From a virus (lineage: Duplodnaviria; Caudoviricetes), in IMG/VR virus record IMGVR_UViG_3300036766_001076, positions 1 through 63,197 of that record: DNA of 63,197 nucleotides. One strand, 5' to 3'. The notes beneath the pieces are model-generated. The model was not told the origin of the DNA, made no database searches, and worked only from the letters and a program-made list of their open reading frames with translations. How positions within the stretch are numbered: the first letter of the stretch is position 1; every line of letters starts with the position of its first letter. Below, one piece after another: positions 34,851 to 45,200 of this stretch. Made by a program: the position numbers and the translations under genes.

Positions 34851-37096
34851 CACTGATCTCCAGTAGCGTACGCCGCTTCGGCGGCACGGAGCAGATCCGC
34901 GACGGCCGCACCGGGAAGGGGTCCCGTGACCGCGCGGACAAACGCTTGTGTACGGGGCGTCGAGAGTGCCGCGTAGTGAATCAGATCCGCAATGCGCGGG
35001 CCACTCATGACATCCCGGATGAGGGCGGCACGCGCCCACGGGGAGTGCGTGGCCAGCAGGATATGGGTCGCTGGCCAGGCGAGGTCTTCAAAGGACGGGG
35101 GCGGGGATCCCAACGAGGAGCGCCCGAACCGGGTGACGTCGGAGGCAATCGCACGTCGTTCGGCCTCGGCCGTGGTACGGGCGGCCTGGGTGACCTGCTT
35201 GGTTGTGGCGGCGTCCGCGCGCAGGGCCGTCGATCCGACGTGCCGGACGTTGGCCGCGGTCTGCGCGGCCGTCGCCCGCGCACCACGCATGGTCGAGGCG
35301 GCCGTGGCACGGGCGGCGGAGGCCGTCTGCGCCGCTGTGGTACTGGCGTCGGTCGTCAGGGTGTTCCCAAGGGCCTGCGCGGCATCTTCCGCGGTCTGCG
35401 CCATGCGCCACGCCGAATGGATTGTGTGCAGGTTGTCGAGGACGGCCTTCCCCGCCTCATCGCCGTAGAGGAGGTGTTGGACCTCGGGAGACATACGAGT
35501 GACCGCGTCCTCAAAGCCTTTCAGTCCGCCTTGGATCAGCCGTTCATGGGTAATCGCCGATCGGAGGCTGTCCCATGCGGCTTGCCCGGCCCCGACCATG
35601 TCGCCGCCTTCTGCGGCGTGATGGAGGAGGAGATCGTGGAGGATTTGCAACCGGGTACTGTCCTGTAACGTGATGTTCTTGATCAGGGTTTGCGGACGGT
35701 CCAGGATGGCACGGTTGAGATTGGCCGCAATGCCCTTGTTGAAGAGGGGAATGGTTGCTTCGTACGCGGCTGTGGCGAGGTTGTACGGCTCGTGTACGGA
35801 CATCGACGCACGAATCGCGTTCCGCGTGGCCTTGGTGATTTGCTGCACTTGCCGCCGAGCCGGACTAGCCCAGTGAACCGTTTCGTCCAGGAGCCGCTTG
35901 GCTTTGTGCGCCTCGGCAAACGGTACGCGATCCGGCATGGCGGCGATGTCGCGTAGCACGCCCGGAAGCGGATGGTCAGGTTCAAGAGCGGTCACCCCCG
36001 CAGGGGACATACTCTCCGGGGTCAGGCGCGCAATCGCTGAGAGTTTTTCCGCCTGCGAGAGGTGCGATCCCGTATCCCCGCCGAACAGCCGGGCGTACTC
36101 GGCATCGGCTGACGAAAGGTGCGAGGTCACGGGTCGGATCTGTTGCGCGAGTTGTGCGGCGTAGTCCTTGATCGGGGTCCAGTCAAGTTCCGGACCGGAT
36201 TCTGCCGTGGTACCTACCGCCTTGCCGATCGTTTCCAGCGACTGGCGGGCGGGGCCTTGAATCACGGCGTTCACGCGCTGTCCGACAGCCGTCGGAGAAT
36301 GCGCCGGGAGGGGCAGATTCTCCCATCGGGCGCTGGCCTGGGTGACGGCCTGGTGGGCGGCCGTCTGCTTGGCGGCCCACGTTGCCTCAACCGCTGCACG
36401 GTCTGCGGCGGTCTGTGTGAGCGTCGTCTGCAAGGCAGTCCGCGCATCGGCGATGACGCGATCGCGAAGTGCCGTCGCACGCGTGAGGGCATCGGCGCTG
36501 TAGGTTCTCCACGAATCTTTGGCCGTGGTCAGCGCATGATCGGCGACGTCGAGCGCGGACTGGAGGCGAGAGGCTGCGGCATCGTGGAGGGCGGTGAAAT
36601 GCGCACGGGCATCCTCGGCCACGCGTACGGCCGCGCGAGATCGTAAGACTTTGGCAATCGGCCACGAGATTGCACGCCCGACGAGTTCTTGGCCCGCACC
36701 ACTTTCCGCACCTTCAATCGGTGTCGCGCCGGTGAGCGGACTCCCGATCGCCCCGCCGATCGCGGAGCCGAGGATCGGGGGGATATTCCGTAGCCCAAAC
36801 CGTGCGGCGGCGGCGAGCAGCCCGGCCCCTTCAATTTCTCCAAGCCCCGGAATGAGGAGCGTGGCTGCAGCTCCGGCCGCTGGCAATCCGTACTCGCCGA
36901 GATCATGGGCGAATCGACTTGCCGATGCCGGATCGTACGCCGTGCCTCGCCCTGCGGCAGGTGGGCGGGGGGTGTCGGAAAGGGTGGTTGGCGCAGGACC
37001 GAGGCTCCACCCCTCTGCGGAAGTCTCCACGCTCGGCGGCGGAGTCCTTGGCGAGGAGGGTGCAGGACCGGGGATCCATCCCTCTTGCGCTTGCAT
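34850..37096 (-). CDS. Putative internal virion/ejection protein
   Basis: Large, Ala-rich and helical with a Gly-rich hydrophobic patch; position after tail genes. Confidence 0.55.
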   Translation of the reverse strand: MQAQEGWIPGPAPSSPRTPPPSVETSAEGWSLGPAPTTLSDTPRPPAAGRGTAYDPASASRFAHDLGEYGLPAAGAAATLLIPGLGEIEGAGLLAAAARFGLRNIPPILGSAIGGAIGSPLTGATPIEGAESGAGQELVGRAISWPIAKVLRSRAAVRVAEDARAHFTALHDAAASRLQSALDVADHALTTAKDSWRTYSADALTRATALRDRVIADARTALQTTLTQTAADRAAVEATWAAKQTAAHQAVTQASARWENLPLPAHSPTAVGQRVNAVIQGPARQSLETIGKAVGTTAESGPELDWTPIKDYAAQLAQQIRPVTSHLSSADAEYARLFGGDTGSHLSQAEKLSAIARLTPESMSPAGVTALEPDHPLPGVLRDIAAMPDRVPFAEAHKAKRLLDETVHWASPARRQVQQITKATRNAIRASMSVHEPYNLATAAYEATIPLFNKGIAANLNRAILDRPQTLIKNITLQDSTRLQILHDLLLHHAAEGGDMVGAGQAAWDSLRSAITHERLIQGGLKGFEDAVTRMSPEVQHLLYGDEAGKAVLDNLHTIHSAWRMAQTAEDAAQALGNTLTTDASTTAAQTASAARATAASTMRGARATAAQTAANVRHVGSTALRADAATTKQVTQAARTTAEAERRAIASDVTRFGRSSLGSPPPSFEDLAWPATHILLATHSPWARAALIRDVMSGPRIADLIHYAALSTPRTQAFVRAVTGPLPGAAVADLLRAAEAAYATGDQ

Positions 37097-38983
37097 CTAC
37101 TTGACCAGGATCCACCCAGCCGGGAGCACTGTACCCGCCCGTGCGTGGTGAACCACCCCTTGAGGGTCGCGGGCCTCGATGTACCCCGTACCTGCGGCGT
37201 TGGACCGCACGGGCGCCGGAGGCGGCGTTTCCGTGACGGACGGTGGAGGCGTGGGTGTTCGCGCAGAAGGCGGAGGCGGGGATGTTCGCGGGGTACCAGT
37301 GGCACGGTCCGGTACTTTGCCTAGCGTCGTCAGGATTTCCTGCTGCCGGGCCTTCAGTACATCGACCAAGTCACCAAGCTTGGTGTACGCGGCCTTGCCG
37401 GAATCGTACGACTGCTGCCCTACGAGTCCGACCATTGTCGGGTTGACGAGTTTGCCGACGCCGGGAACGCCGGACCATCCCGCCTCCAGTGGCGTTGGAG
37501 CCGTCGGCGTATGCACTAGCGCCTTCTGGAAAATCTGGACGGCCTGCCGTCCTGTGATGAGGGCACGAGCACTAGACAACCCCGCGAGACTATTCCGCAC
37601 CGCAATGTTGGTCGGATCAGTATCCGTCCCCGCGTGCCCACTGTAGTACTGCTTCCAGAGTGCCAGCATCTTCTGGGGGTTGTCGTTGGTGTGCAGCCCT
37701 GCGGCTTCGAGAGCCGCACGGGCCTCAACCGCTTGCCGGTAGGTTTCACGCACCTGCTCGTACTCTTGGAGCAGTCCCTGCGCAGGTTTGCCGGGGATGA
37801 AACCTTGGAGGGGCTGATCCGGTTGTCGAGGGTCGTACGCGATCTTGTGAATGGCATCGAAGTCGGCCGTGACCTCCGAGATGGTCCCGTCCGGATTGAG
37901 AACCGCGCCTTCTTGTGGACGCGTCTCGACCGTCTTGTCTCCGACGCGCTGCGTACGCGCTCCGGAGGGCGTACGCATTGGGGGAGCCGTGACGCTGGGC
38001 GGAGCGGTGCTCGTCGAGGGTACCACGGTCACCCCACCCCCCGCAGAGACCGTCGGCGGTGGGACATTGGCGCCAGGGCGTTGAAACCCTTGCGGTTGCG
38101 TTGTGAGATTGACTTCGCCGTGTTCACCGGGGGTGACGAAATACTTGTCGGCGACAGCGAGTTCGCTCCCGCGAATCGGATGGGCGTAGGGCACGTCAGA
38201 GTCCGGTGTCGGCCCTGTCCCCGGCTGAAAAATCGCGACGCGGATCGGCTCCCCTTGTTCATTCCGGCCAGTGACGACGCGCGGACGCAGCGCGGGCGGA
38301 TCTTCCACCGGGTCGAAGGTGGTGTCGCCCATCGTGTTTCGGCTCCGTCGGTAGGTCGCCAACGGATCAGGATCGACGCCTGCCTGTTCCCGGTACAGTG
38401 CCTTGTCCTGCGCGGACATCCGGCTGCTGTGGACCGTTCCGGCAAAATGCGGGGTGAGTGCCGCCGGGTGGAGGTGTGGATCTGTCAGGAGCGCATTGCG
38501 TTTGTACTCCGGCGAATCCTTCCCGTAGAGATCCGCGAGTCCTTTCAGCCGGGAGGTGCGTTCGCCGGTATCTTTTGCGGCGGCGTCGCGTTCGATCTGC
38601 TGTGTCCGTTGCTGTGCGCGTTCCTCAGGCGTATAGAACATCGAGGGGGCGGAACCGCTGGCTCCCGATTGTTCCTCAGTGCCCTCTGTAGACATGCCGA
38701 CGAGGCTCTGCATGACCGGGAACATCGGATGTTTCTGGTGCTTCCCGAACCACTTCTCCAGTCCAGAGGTTTTGTCTCCGCGAGCGGTCATCGCGGTGAG
38801 CGCGGCAGCTTTGTACTCCGGTTTGAGATCGGGGTGGCTCAGGAGCGCGGCGGCAAGGGTTTCGTCGTGAGACCGTTCGGTTTCGTACGCATCGGTATTT
38901 TCTTTGCGGAGGCGGGTAGCGGTCTCGTTGAACCCGCCGGGGCCGCCGAGGAAATCGCCGAGGAGGGCGGACATGAAAGGCAT
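37097..38983 (-). CDS. Putative internal virion/ejection protein
   Basis: Position and composition. Confidence 0.5.
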   Translation of the reverse strand: MPFMSALLGDFLGGPGGFNETATRLRKENTDAYETERSHDETLAAALLSHPDLKPEYKAAALTAMTARGDKTSGLEKWFGKHQKHPMFPVMQSLVGMSTEGTEEQSGASGSAPSMFYTPEERAQQRTQQIERDAAAKDTGERTSRLKGLADLYGKDSPEYKRNALLTDPHLHPAALTPHFAGTVHSSRMSAQDKALYREQAGVDPDPLATYRRSRNTMGDTTFDPVEDPPALRPRVVTGRNEQGEPIRVAIFQPGTGPTPDSDVPYAHPIRGSELAVADKYFVTPGEHGEVNLTTQPQGFQRPGANVPPPTVSAGGGVTVVPSTSTAPPSVTAPPMRTPSGARTQRVGDKTVETRPQEGAVLNPDGTISEVTADFDAIHKIAYDPRQPDQPLQGFIPGKPAQGLLQEYEQVRETYRQAVEARAALEAAGLHTNDNPQKMLALWKQYYSGHAGTDTDPTNIAVRNSLAGLSSARALITGRQAVQIFQKALVHTPTAPTPLEAGWSGVPGVGKLVNPTMVGLVGQQSYDSGKAAYTKLGDLVDVLKARQQEILTTLGKVPDRATGTPRTSPPPPSARTPTPPPSVTETPPPAPVRSNAAGTGYIEARDPQGVVHHARAGTVLPAGWILVK

Positions 38984-38986
38984 AGG

Positions 38987-39697
38987 CTACCCGGGATTCG
39001 AGGTCCAGCCGGGCAGACTGAAGGGGTTCACGCCGCCAAGATCCGTGATCCCACCAAATTTTCCTGTGGCTCCCTTTCCCTTACTGCCTCCGTAGATGTT
39101 CATGAGCTGCGCCATCAGCCCGCCGAACCCGCTTGCGGTCTTCCCCCCGGTTTCCAAGCCGAGGCGCTTGTTCTTTCCAGCGACATCGCCCATGTTACCG
39201 TAGAGACTCCCTGCACCGCTCTCGAAGCCTCCGGCCGACCCGATGAGGTTGCCAGCCAAGCCGCCCTGCGCCTGCGCGGCGTTCCCTTGGACTCCGGTGA
39301 CCAGCCGCGACATTTGTCCGGCCTTCTCGCGGTTGAGATCCGCGAGCGCAGTATCTCTCGCCCCGCCCTGCACGCCGCTCTTGACCAGCCCGCGCGCGGC
39401 ACCTTTATAGACGGAGGAGACATTCTCCCGTGCAGGAGCAGTCAGCGCATCCGCCGCCGAACGCCCGCCGCGGCCCATGAGGGTCTGGTAGTAGCTAAGG
39501 GTGTTTTGGAGCGCAGGCATCGCGGTACCGAAGAGTTTCGTACCCTGCGACTTCATTTGATCGGCGAGGCCGGATTGGGCGTCGTACGCGCGGCGTTCCT
39601 CTGGGGTGAGCTTCATGGCCTCGGAGGCGGCGTGTGAGCCGATGAGGGAGGAGCCGATCGCGCCGCCGGCACCGATGATCGCAGGCACCGCCGGCAT
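38987..39697 (-). CDS. Putative pilot/ejection protein
   Basis: Gly/Ala-rich N-terminus IIGAGGAIGSSLIG typical of podovirus ejection proteins. Confidence 0.6.
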   Translation of the reverse strand: MPAVPAIIGAGGAIGSSLIGSHAASEAMKLTPEERRAYDAQSGLADQMKSQGTKLFGTAMPALQNTLSYYQTLMGRGGRSAADALTAPARENVSSVYKGAARGLVKSGVQGGARDTALADLNREKAGQMSRLVTGVQGNAAQAQGGLAGNLIGSAGGFESGAGSLYGNMGDVAGKNKRLGLETGGKTASGFGGLMAQLMNIYGGSKGKGATGKFGGITDLGGVNPFSLPGWTSNPG

Positions 39698-40092
39698 CAG
39701 AGTTCCTTTCGCCAGAGCCGCCCGTCGAGCGGGGCGAACCCGGCTTTCTCGGCGAGGCGTTCGACGGCGGGGTCTTGAATCAAGGTCACGACCTCTCGGA
39801 TGTTTCTCGCACGGAGCCGATCAAGCATTCCATAGAGGAGTTTCTTCGCCGCGCCGTACTTTCCTCGGTACTCCGACGCGATGAACAACCCTTCGAGTAC
39901 TACCGCATCGAGCGCCATCCACCGGCCGACGAAGCTTCCACCCGCCGTCTCGACGAGAATGAACGAACGCTCGGCGGCCGGGAGGATCGGTGGGAGCACT
40001 CCACGGACTTGGAGCGCCCGCCGCTCGCCCGGGGGGATCTCCCGGAGCGTATATGGAGGGAGTGTAGCACAGGGCGCGAGAGAGTCGGTCAT
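39697..40092 (-). CDS. GNAT-fold protein
   Basis: LFIASEYRGKYG...LAEKAGF. Confidence 0.6.
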   Translation of the reverse strand: MTDSLAPCATLPPYTLREIPPGERRALQVRGVLPPILPAAERSFILVETAGGSFVGRWMALDAVVLEGLFIASEYRGKYGAAKKLLYGMLDRLRARNIREVVTLIQDPAVERLAEKAGFAPLDGRLWRKEL

Positions 40093-40475
40093 TCGCCCTT
40101 CGGCTCCTCTACGACCGGCGCGGCGCTGAGGAAGTCGTACAGCTCGGCGACGGCGATCATGTCCAGCCCGCCCCACGGCACGGCGGAGACGAGCTTCTCG
40201 ATGTGTTCGAGTTCGGCCTGCTCAACGACAATCTCCTGTGGACCTGCACGGAGCGCCCGAGCGCCCTGTACGCGCGTGCCCCGCGCGGTGTCGGGAACTT
40301 CCTCGCTGATGCTGCGCAGCCGCCGTTGAATGGCCGCTTCAAGACGAGTACGTGCTTTGACATCCTTGGGCGGGTCGGCCTGCCGGAGGAACTGGCTCCC
40401 GATGACCACGCCGTCGGAGAGTTTCTCAAAGAGGCCGTCACTGAGTACTGGAAAGAAGATCAACCGTTTCTGCAT
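40089..40475 (-). CDS. Hypothetical protein
   Basis: Starts MQKRLIFF. Confidence 0.6.
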   Translation of the reverse strand: MQKRLIFFPVLSDGLFEKLSDGVVIGSQFLRQADPPKDVKARTRLEAAIQRRLRSISEEVPDTARGTRVQGARALRAGPQEIVVEQAELEHIEKLVSAVPWGGLDMIAVAELYDFLSAAPVVEEPKGE

Positions 40476-40507
40476 GTGCTTCAACCTTTCTGCGCGGCCC
40501 AACGGTA

Positions 40508-40801
40508 CTACGATCCTTTGCCGGCCGCAATGGCGGCGAGCACGGGTTTCAGCGTCGTGAGTGTCTGGGCGCACTCGGTAGAGACTTGGACCGCGTTCCG
40601 GGAGGCTTCGAGGGCGGATTGGGCGACCGCTGCTGCCGTGGCCGCGATAGACTCGGCGGCCGTGGTGCCTGCGATGACGGCATCCGCTTTCTCTGTCGTG
40701 GCATTGGCCTTTGCCAAGGCCGCCGCGCAGGAGACTTTGAGCGCGGTGAACTCGACCATGAGTTGATTGAAGGCGGCTTGGGTGTCTGAGTCGAGGGGCA
40801 T
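40508..40801 (-). CDS. Ala-rich coiled-coil protein
   Basis: AAGGAG RBS. Confidence 0.6.
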   Translation of the reverse strand: MPLDSDTQAAFNQLMVEFTALKVSCAAALAKANATTEKADAVIAGTTAAESIAATAAAVAQSALEASRNAVQVSTECAQTLTTLKPVLAAIAAGKGS

Positions 40802-40814
40802 AGAACACTCCTTC

Positions 40815-42275
40815 TTATGCGGCTTCGTAGAAGCCGGTGATGATCAGATCGGAATTGTTGTTGAAGTCGGTCTCCGCGAGTGCCGTCACTGCGCCGGTTG
40901 CGAATCTATAGAGGTTAATCGTGGTTCCACTATTCGTAAACAGCGCCATCGGACACAGCACGCCGACCGCAAGATTGTTCGCCCACACACTTATCGAATT
41001 TTGAAATCCAGCAACCGTGATAGGGAGCCCTGTGAGTAACGCTGTTCCTGTCGAAGAGCCCTTGTTTGAAAACAGAATCCGGGCGAATACATAGACGATT
41101 TTATTGACTTGGGCGTACCGTCCTTGTTGCAGGGTGAACGTCTGTCCGGTAGACCCGCCGCCGAAGGTAATGACGGGCGTCCAGTCCGTCCATGCCGTCA
41201 CGTCTGAGAGCCCTGTAGAGGCTATCGTCCCGACGGTGAATGCTGCTCCAGCACTTGCTTGCTTGACGATCTGATTCGTGCCCCCTGTCGCGGAGAAGTC
41301 GGTTGACCCTTTCGGGAGTGTGATCGTGTAGTCCCCGCCGACTGTGGCGGCAACTGCAATTGACACCGATCCTGAAGTCGTCCCGGTAATCTTTAGCGTG
41401 CTCGCCCCGCCCGCCGCCCCGCCAAGCCCCAGCGCCGAGAACTGCGGTGTGGAACTCGTGGCAATTGATTGTGGGAGTGAGAGCGTCACGGCACTCGTCG
41501 AGGCGGAGGCAATCACCTGATTCGCGGTCCCGGTGATCGACTCCACGACAGGTTGCCACGAAGGCGCCCCCGATGAGACCTGTTGCAGATATTTATTGGT
41601 AGCGGTGCTGTTCACGGCCAGTCCAGATAGGATGCCTCCAGTACCTGCGTAGATGACGTTGTTCGCCGTGGGCGTGAACCATGAAGGCGTGGTACTGGCC
41701 CCGGATACGAGCGCAAGTCCTGCGGTGGCTGTCCCGGCCAATACAGCGAAGGCGGTCGCGGTCGAGTACACCATCCCGCCGTTGCTTGCGACGAGCGCCG
41801 CGTTCGTCCCGCCGTTCGCCAAGGGCACCGTCGACACCGATACGGTGACGGCCCCCGTTGCCCCGGAGATTGTAATGGCCGTCCCTGCGACCAACGATGT
41901 CACGCCTGTGTTGGTAAACGTTACCGCCCCGGTTGCTGCGGAGACGCCGATGCCAGTACCAGCGACGGCGGAGGTCACCCCAGTATTGGTGACGGTAACG
42001 TCCCCTGTGGCGGCAGAGACACTCATTCCGGCACCTGCCGTGAGGCTACTGACTCCCGACACTCCGCTGCTACTGCTTGGCGTTGCCGCGACGTACGACG
42101 CGACAAACTGTTGCACCGTCGCAAGCGTCACTCCCGTAGTAGCCACTGGTGTTTCCGCCGCCGCGTTGAGATCCGCGACCTGTTTCTCCAGCGCCCCGAT
42201 ATTGTCGAGCACCGCCTTGAACAAGGTTCGGGACGGTTCGTGCGGAATCCGGGAAAGATGACCGTAGCTAGGCAT
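40815..42275 (-). CDS. Tail fibre/receptor-binding protein
   Basis: GVTS-xxAGTGI repeats; C-terminal WTP...GRY...GLP domain; Ser/Thr-rich. Confidence 0.75.
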   Translation of the reverse strand: MPSYGHLSRIPHEPSRTLFKAVLDNIGALEKQVADLNAAAETPVATTGVTLATVQQFVASYVAATPSSSSGVSGVSSLTAGAGMSVSAATGDVTVTNTGVTSAVAGTGIGVSAATGAVTFTNTGVTSLVAGTAITISGATGAVTVSVSTVPLANGGTNAALVASNGGMVYSTATAFAVLAGTATAGLALVSGASTTPSWFTPTANNVIYAGTGGILSGLAVNSTATNKYLQQVSSGAPSWQPVVESITGTANQVIASASTSAVTLSLPQSIATSSTPQFSALGLGGAAGGASTLKITGTTSGSVSIAVAATVGGDYTITLPKGSTDFSATGGTNQIVKQASAGAAFTVGTIASTGLSDVTAWTDWTPVITFGGGSTGQTFTLQQGRYAQVNKIVYVFARILFSNKGSSTGTALLTGLPITVAGFQNSISVWANNLAVGVLCPMALFTNSGTTINLYRFATGAVTALAETDFNNNSDLIITGFYEAA

Positions 42276-45200
42276 CAGGCATTGCCCCTACCGCTGCTCG
42301 CCAAGCGCGCCTCTCTGCTGCGGCACTGGCATTCCGCATGGCACGGACGTTGTCGAAGTCGTCATCGCCGAATGGCCGCTGTGCTTGGAGTTCTCCTCCG
42401 GCGACCGGCTGCACCCAAACGATGGATTCCTCGCGGTAGAGCCAGAACGCCGAGGCGCAAGTGAAGAGGAATTTGTAGAGGTAGCCTTTGCGACCGGCGA
42501 AGGGCACATAGCGGGATTGCTTGAGTGAGGCGGTTGACGCGAGTGCGTAGGAGTCCGTGGCCACGACCTGACCGGCGTCGCCGTAGACCGTCATGGTCAA
42601 GGTTACTTCTGCAGAGGATTTCAGCGCGATCTCCGCGAAGGGGAGGATCTTCCACCCTGGCACGCCGCAGGTCAGCTCTTGGGTCTCGTACCGGGTCAGC
42701 GCGAAGGGTTCTTCATCGAAGAGGAACTGCGGCGCGGAGTACAACCGGGCCGGGTTGGAGTCGGTCGCGTAGACACGGAAGATGCGCCCGAGTGTCTGCG
42801 CCCATGCGAGGTTCACCACCTTGCGCCCATTGGCAAGGAACGTCGGTGAGGAAATCACCATCCCGTCCACCTCGACATTGAGAGTTTTCGTCTGATTGAA
42901 CGTATCCACTTCGAGGATGATGCCCTTCAGCCATTTATCCGTCAGCGATCCTGCCGCCGTGAACCCGAGATTCAGGTTGTACTGTTCCCCCGGTTCCTTC
43001 TCGTAGACCCATTTGTACTCATAAAGAAGTCCTTTGATTCCATCGGTCGAGAGAATCTGCCCGATGTGCCCGCGCAGCGGAGTAGAGATATCAAACGAAA
43101 TATGCACGAGCCGCTTCCCCGCTACCGCACCGAGTTGCGAGGTTTTGATCAGGGCAGTGTCCACGTAGAACTTGACTTCCTTGTCCAGCCCGCCGGTATC
43201 TACGACCAGGTCCACCCCGGTGATGTACGAATCTCCGAGAATATCGCCTTGGGTGTCCCACCCGGCGATGTAGTCCGGGAGTTCCTTGTAGATCCACCGG
43301 CAGCCGAACAGCAGCCACGGCTCGCAGGTGCCGCTGGGGCGGAGCCGGACCTGATCCACGCGCTGAGCAACCCACGAGAACCACTGCCGGCGCCCGGCGG
43401 CGGAGTTCACCGAGAGCGTTGCCAAGGTCACGGTGGCGGAATCCTGCAAGCCTTCCACGACGATGGTCCGTGCGGAGCCGCCGGTGTCGGAGTCGATCCA
43501 GCAGCCATAGAGATAGATCGGGTGCTCCGAGGGCGCGTCCCACGCCGTCGCCCGGTTCATCGTGGTCTCCGGCTGCGTTTGGAAGGCCACGCCGATCTTG
43601 GCAAGCGAGGGCGAGATTCCCGCAGTGCCCGACCACGTCAGGTCAATCGAGAGGCTCCGGCCGTGTTGAGGCTGTGTGCCAAACGGCTCGAACACGTACC
43701 GGTTGTAGCCGGAGAGCCCCGAGACCGCCTGTGCAGTATTGGTCACGCTTTCGCCGTTGAGGAAGGTCTGGCCGGTGAGCCCGGCCGTCAGCAGATCCCC
43801 CTCGACGAAGAACTCGCCGAGGAGTTTCTCCTCCGACAGATCGAAGTCTTCCGCCCCGGAGCGATACTGACAACTGATCGCGGCGCCGTCGTCGGTGGAC
43901 CCGGAGTGGATGTAGCCCTTGCCGCTGGCCTGCCCGCCGACCAGGATGTAGGTGCCTGGGTCGCCCACTGCCGCACCAGAGCGCACGGTCAGCCCCGCGA
44001 CGACGTTGGTGGCTACGGCAAAACTCACCGACCGCCATGTCTGCGTGATGAAGGAGTAGACCATCCAGCGATACGCCGCCGCGGTGTCCTTATAGCCGAA
44101 CCAGAGTTCGTTGTCGACGGCGGTCAGGCGAAGACTGTTCCGCGCGGTGAAATCAATCGGGGAGTACCCGTTGACGGATTTGCCGTGGAAGAGCGGGTCG
44201 AGGGCGACCGAGAGCAGGGTCGATGCCCCGCCTTGGGTCACGCGTACACCCGACAGAGAGACAAACGCGATACCGAGTTGGCAGGCACAACAGCACCAGT
44301 ATCCCGCCATGCCCTCGGAGCAATCGGTCGGAACGGCCTGTACCTGTTGCTCTGCCGCGAGGTTGACTTGGATGGAGTACCCGCGCTCGCGCGAGAACAC
44401 GAAGCCTTGCCCGCCCCACCGGACCCCGTTCATCAGCTCTTCCGAGGGCGGGCACACCGGCAGGCGGTTCGCCGCAGGCCACGAGTCATAATCGCCGGGC
44501 TTGCTCCAATAGAGATCGCCGGGCCGATTGATATCCCCAAGCGCGAACATCAGATCGTCGATGAGCCCGAAAAACACCCGTACCGGTTGCGCGAGGAGAG
44601 CATTCCCGGAGGTATCCACCGACGTCACCGGCTGATCATGATCGATCTCCAGCGCGCCCGCGGCGAGCGCGTCGACATCGTTCACGTCGTCGATGATCGC
44701 GCCACCATCGACCGTGTTCGGCCCGATGAAGTACCAGTCATCGACGTTCTGCCCGCCGCGCCGGTAGAGACGCTGTTTCGCCCCCGCCAAGCCCGACGCC
44801 GCAGGGGTCACCGTGACCTGCTGGCGCAGCGCCGTGAACGTCCCGGGCGTGCCGATGGTAATCGCGTCCGTCGTCGGCATGACGTCGGATGGGTTGCCTT
44901 CAGCCCCAGTGAGCGGATCGAAGTTCGTCACGCGGTAGTCGTACGGCTGCGACCCGGGTTCAGAGGTGTCGGGGCCGTAGCCGCCGGTGAGGTACATATC
45001 GTCCAAGGCGACGGTCGGAGGGGTCGTCGCCGGAGCCACCACCCCTTCGGTCTGCACGGCGATGATGATCCCGGTGACGGTAGACCAGTTCCGTGTGGAG
45101 GTCGGATCGACGAGCTGGAAATCGCCACGGCGCAGTGGGACACCGATCCGGCCGAACTCCGCCCAGCGCAGTTTTGCCAAAGGCGACGCCGCCGGGTCGG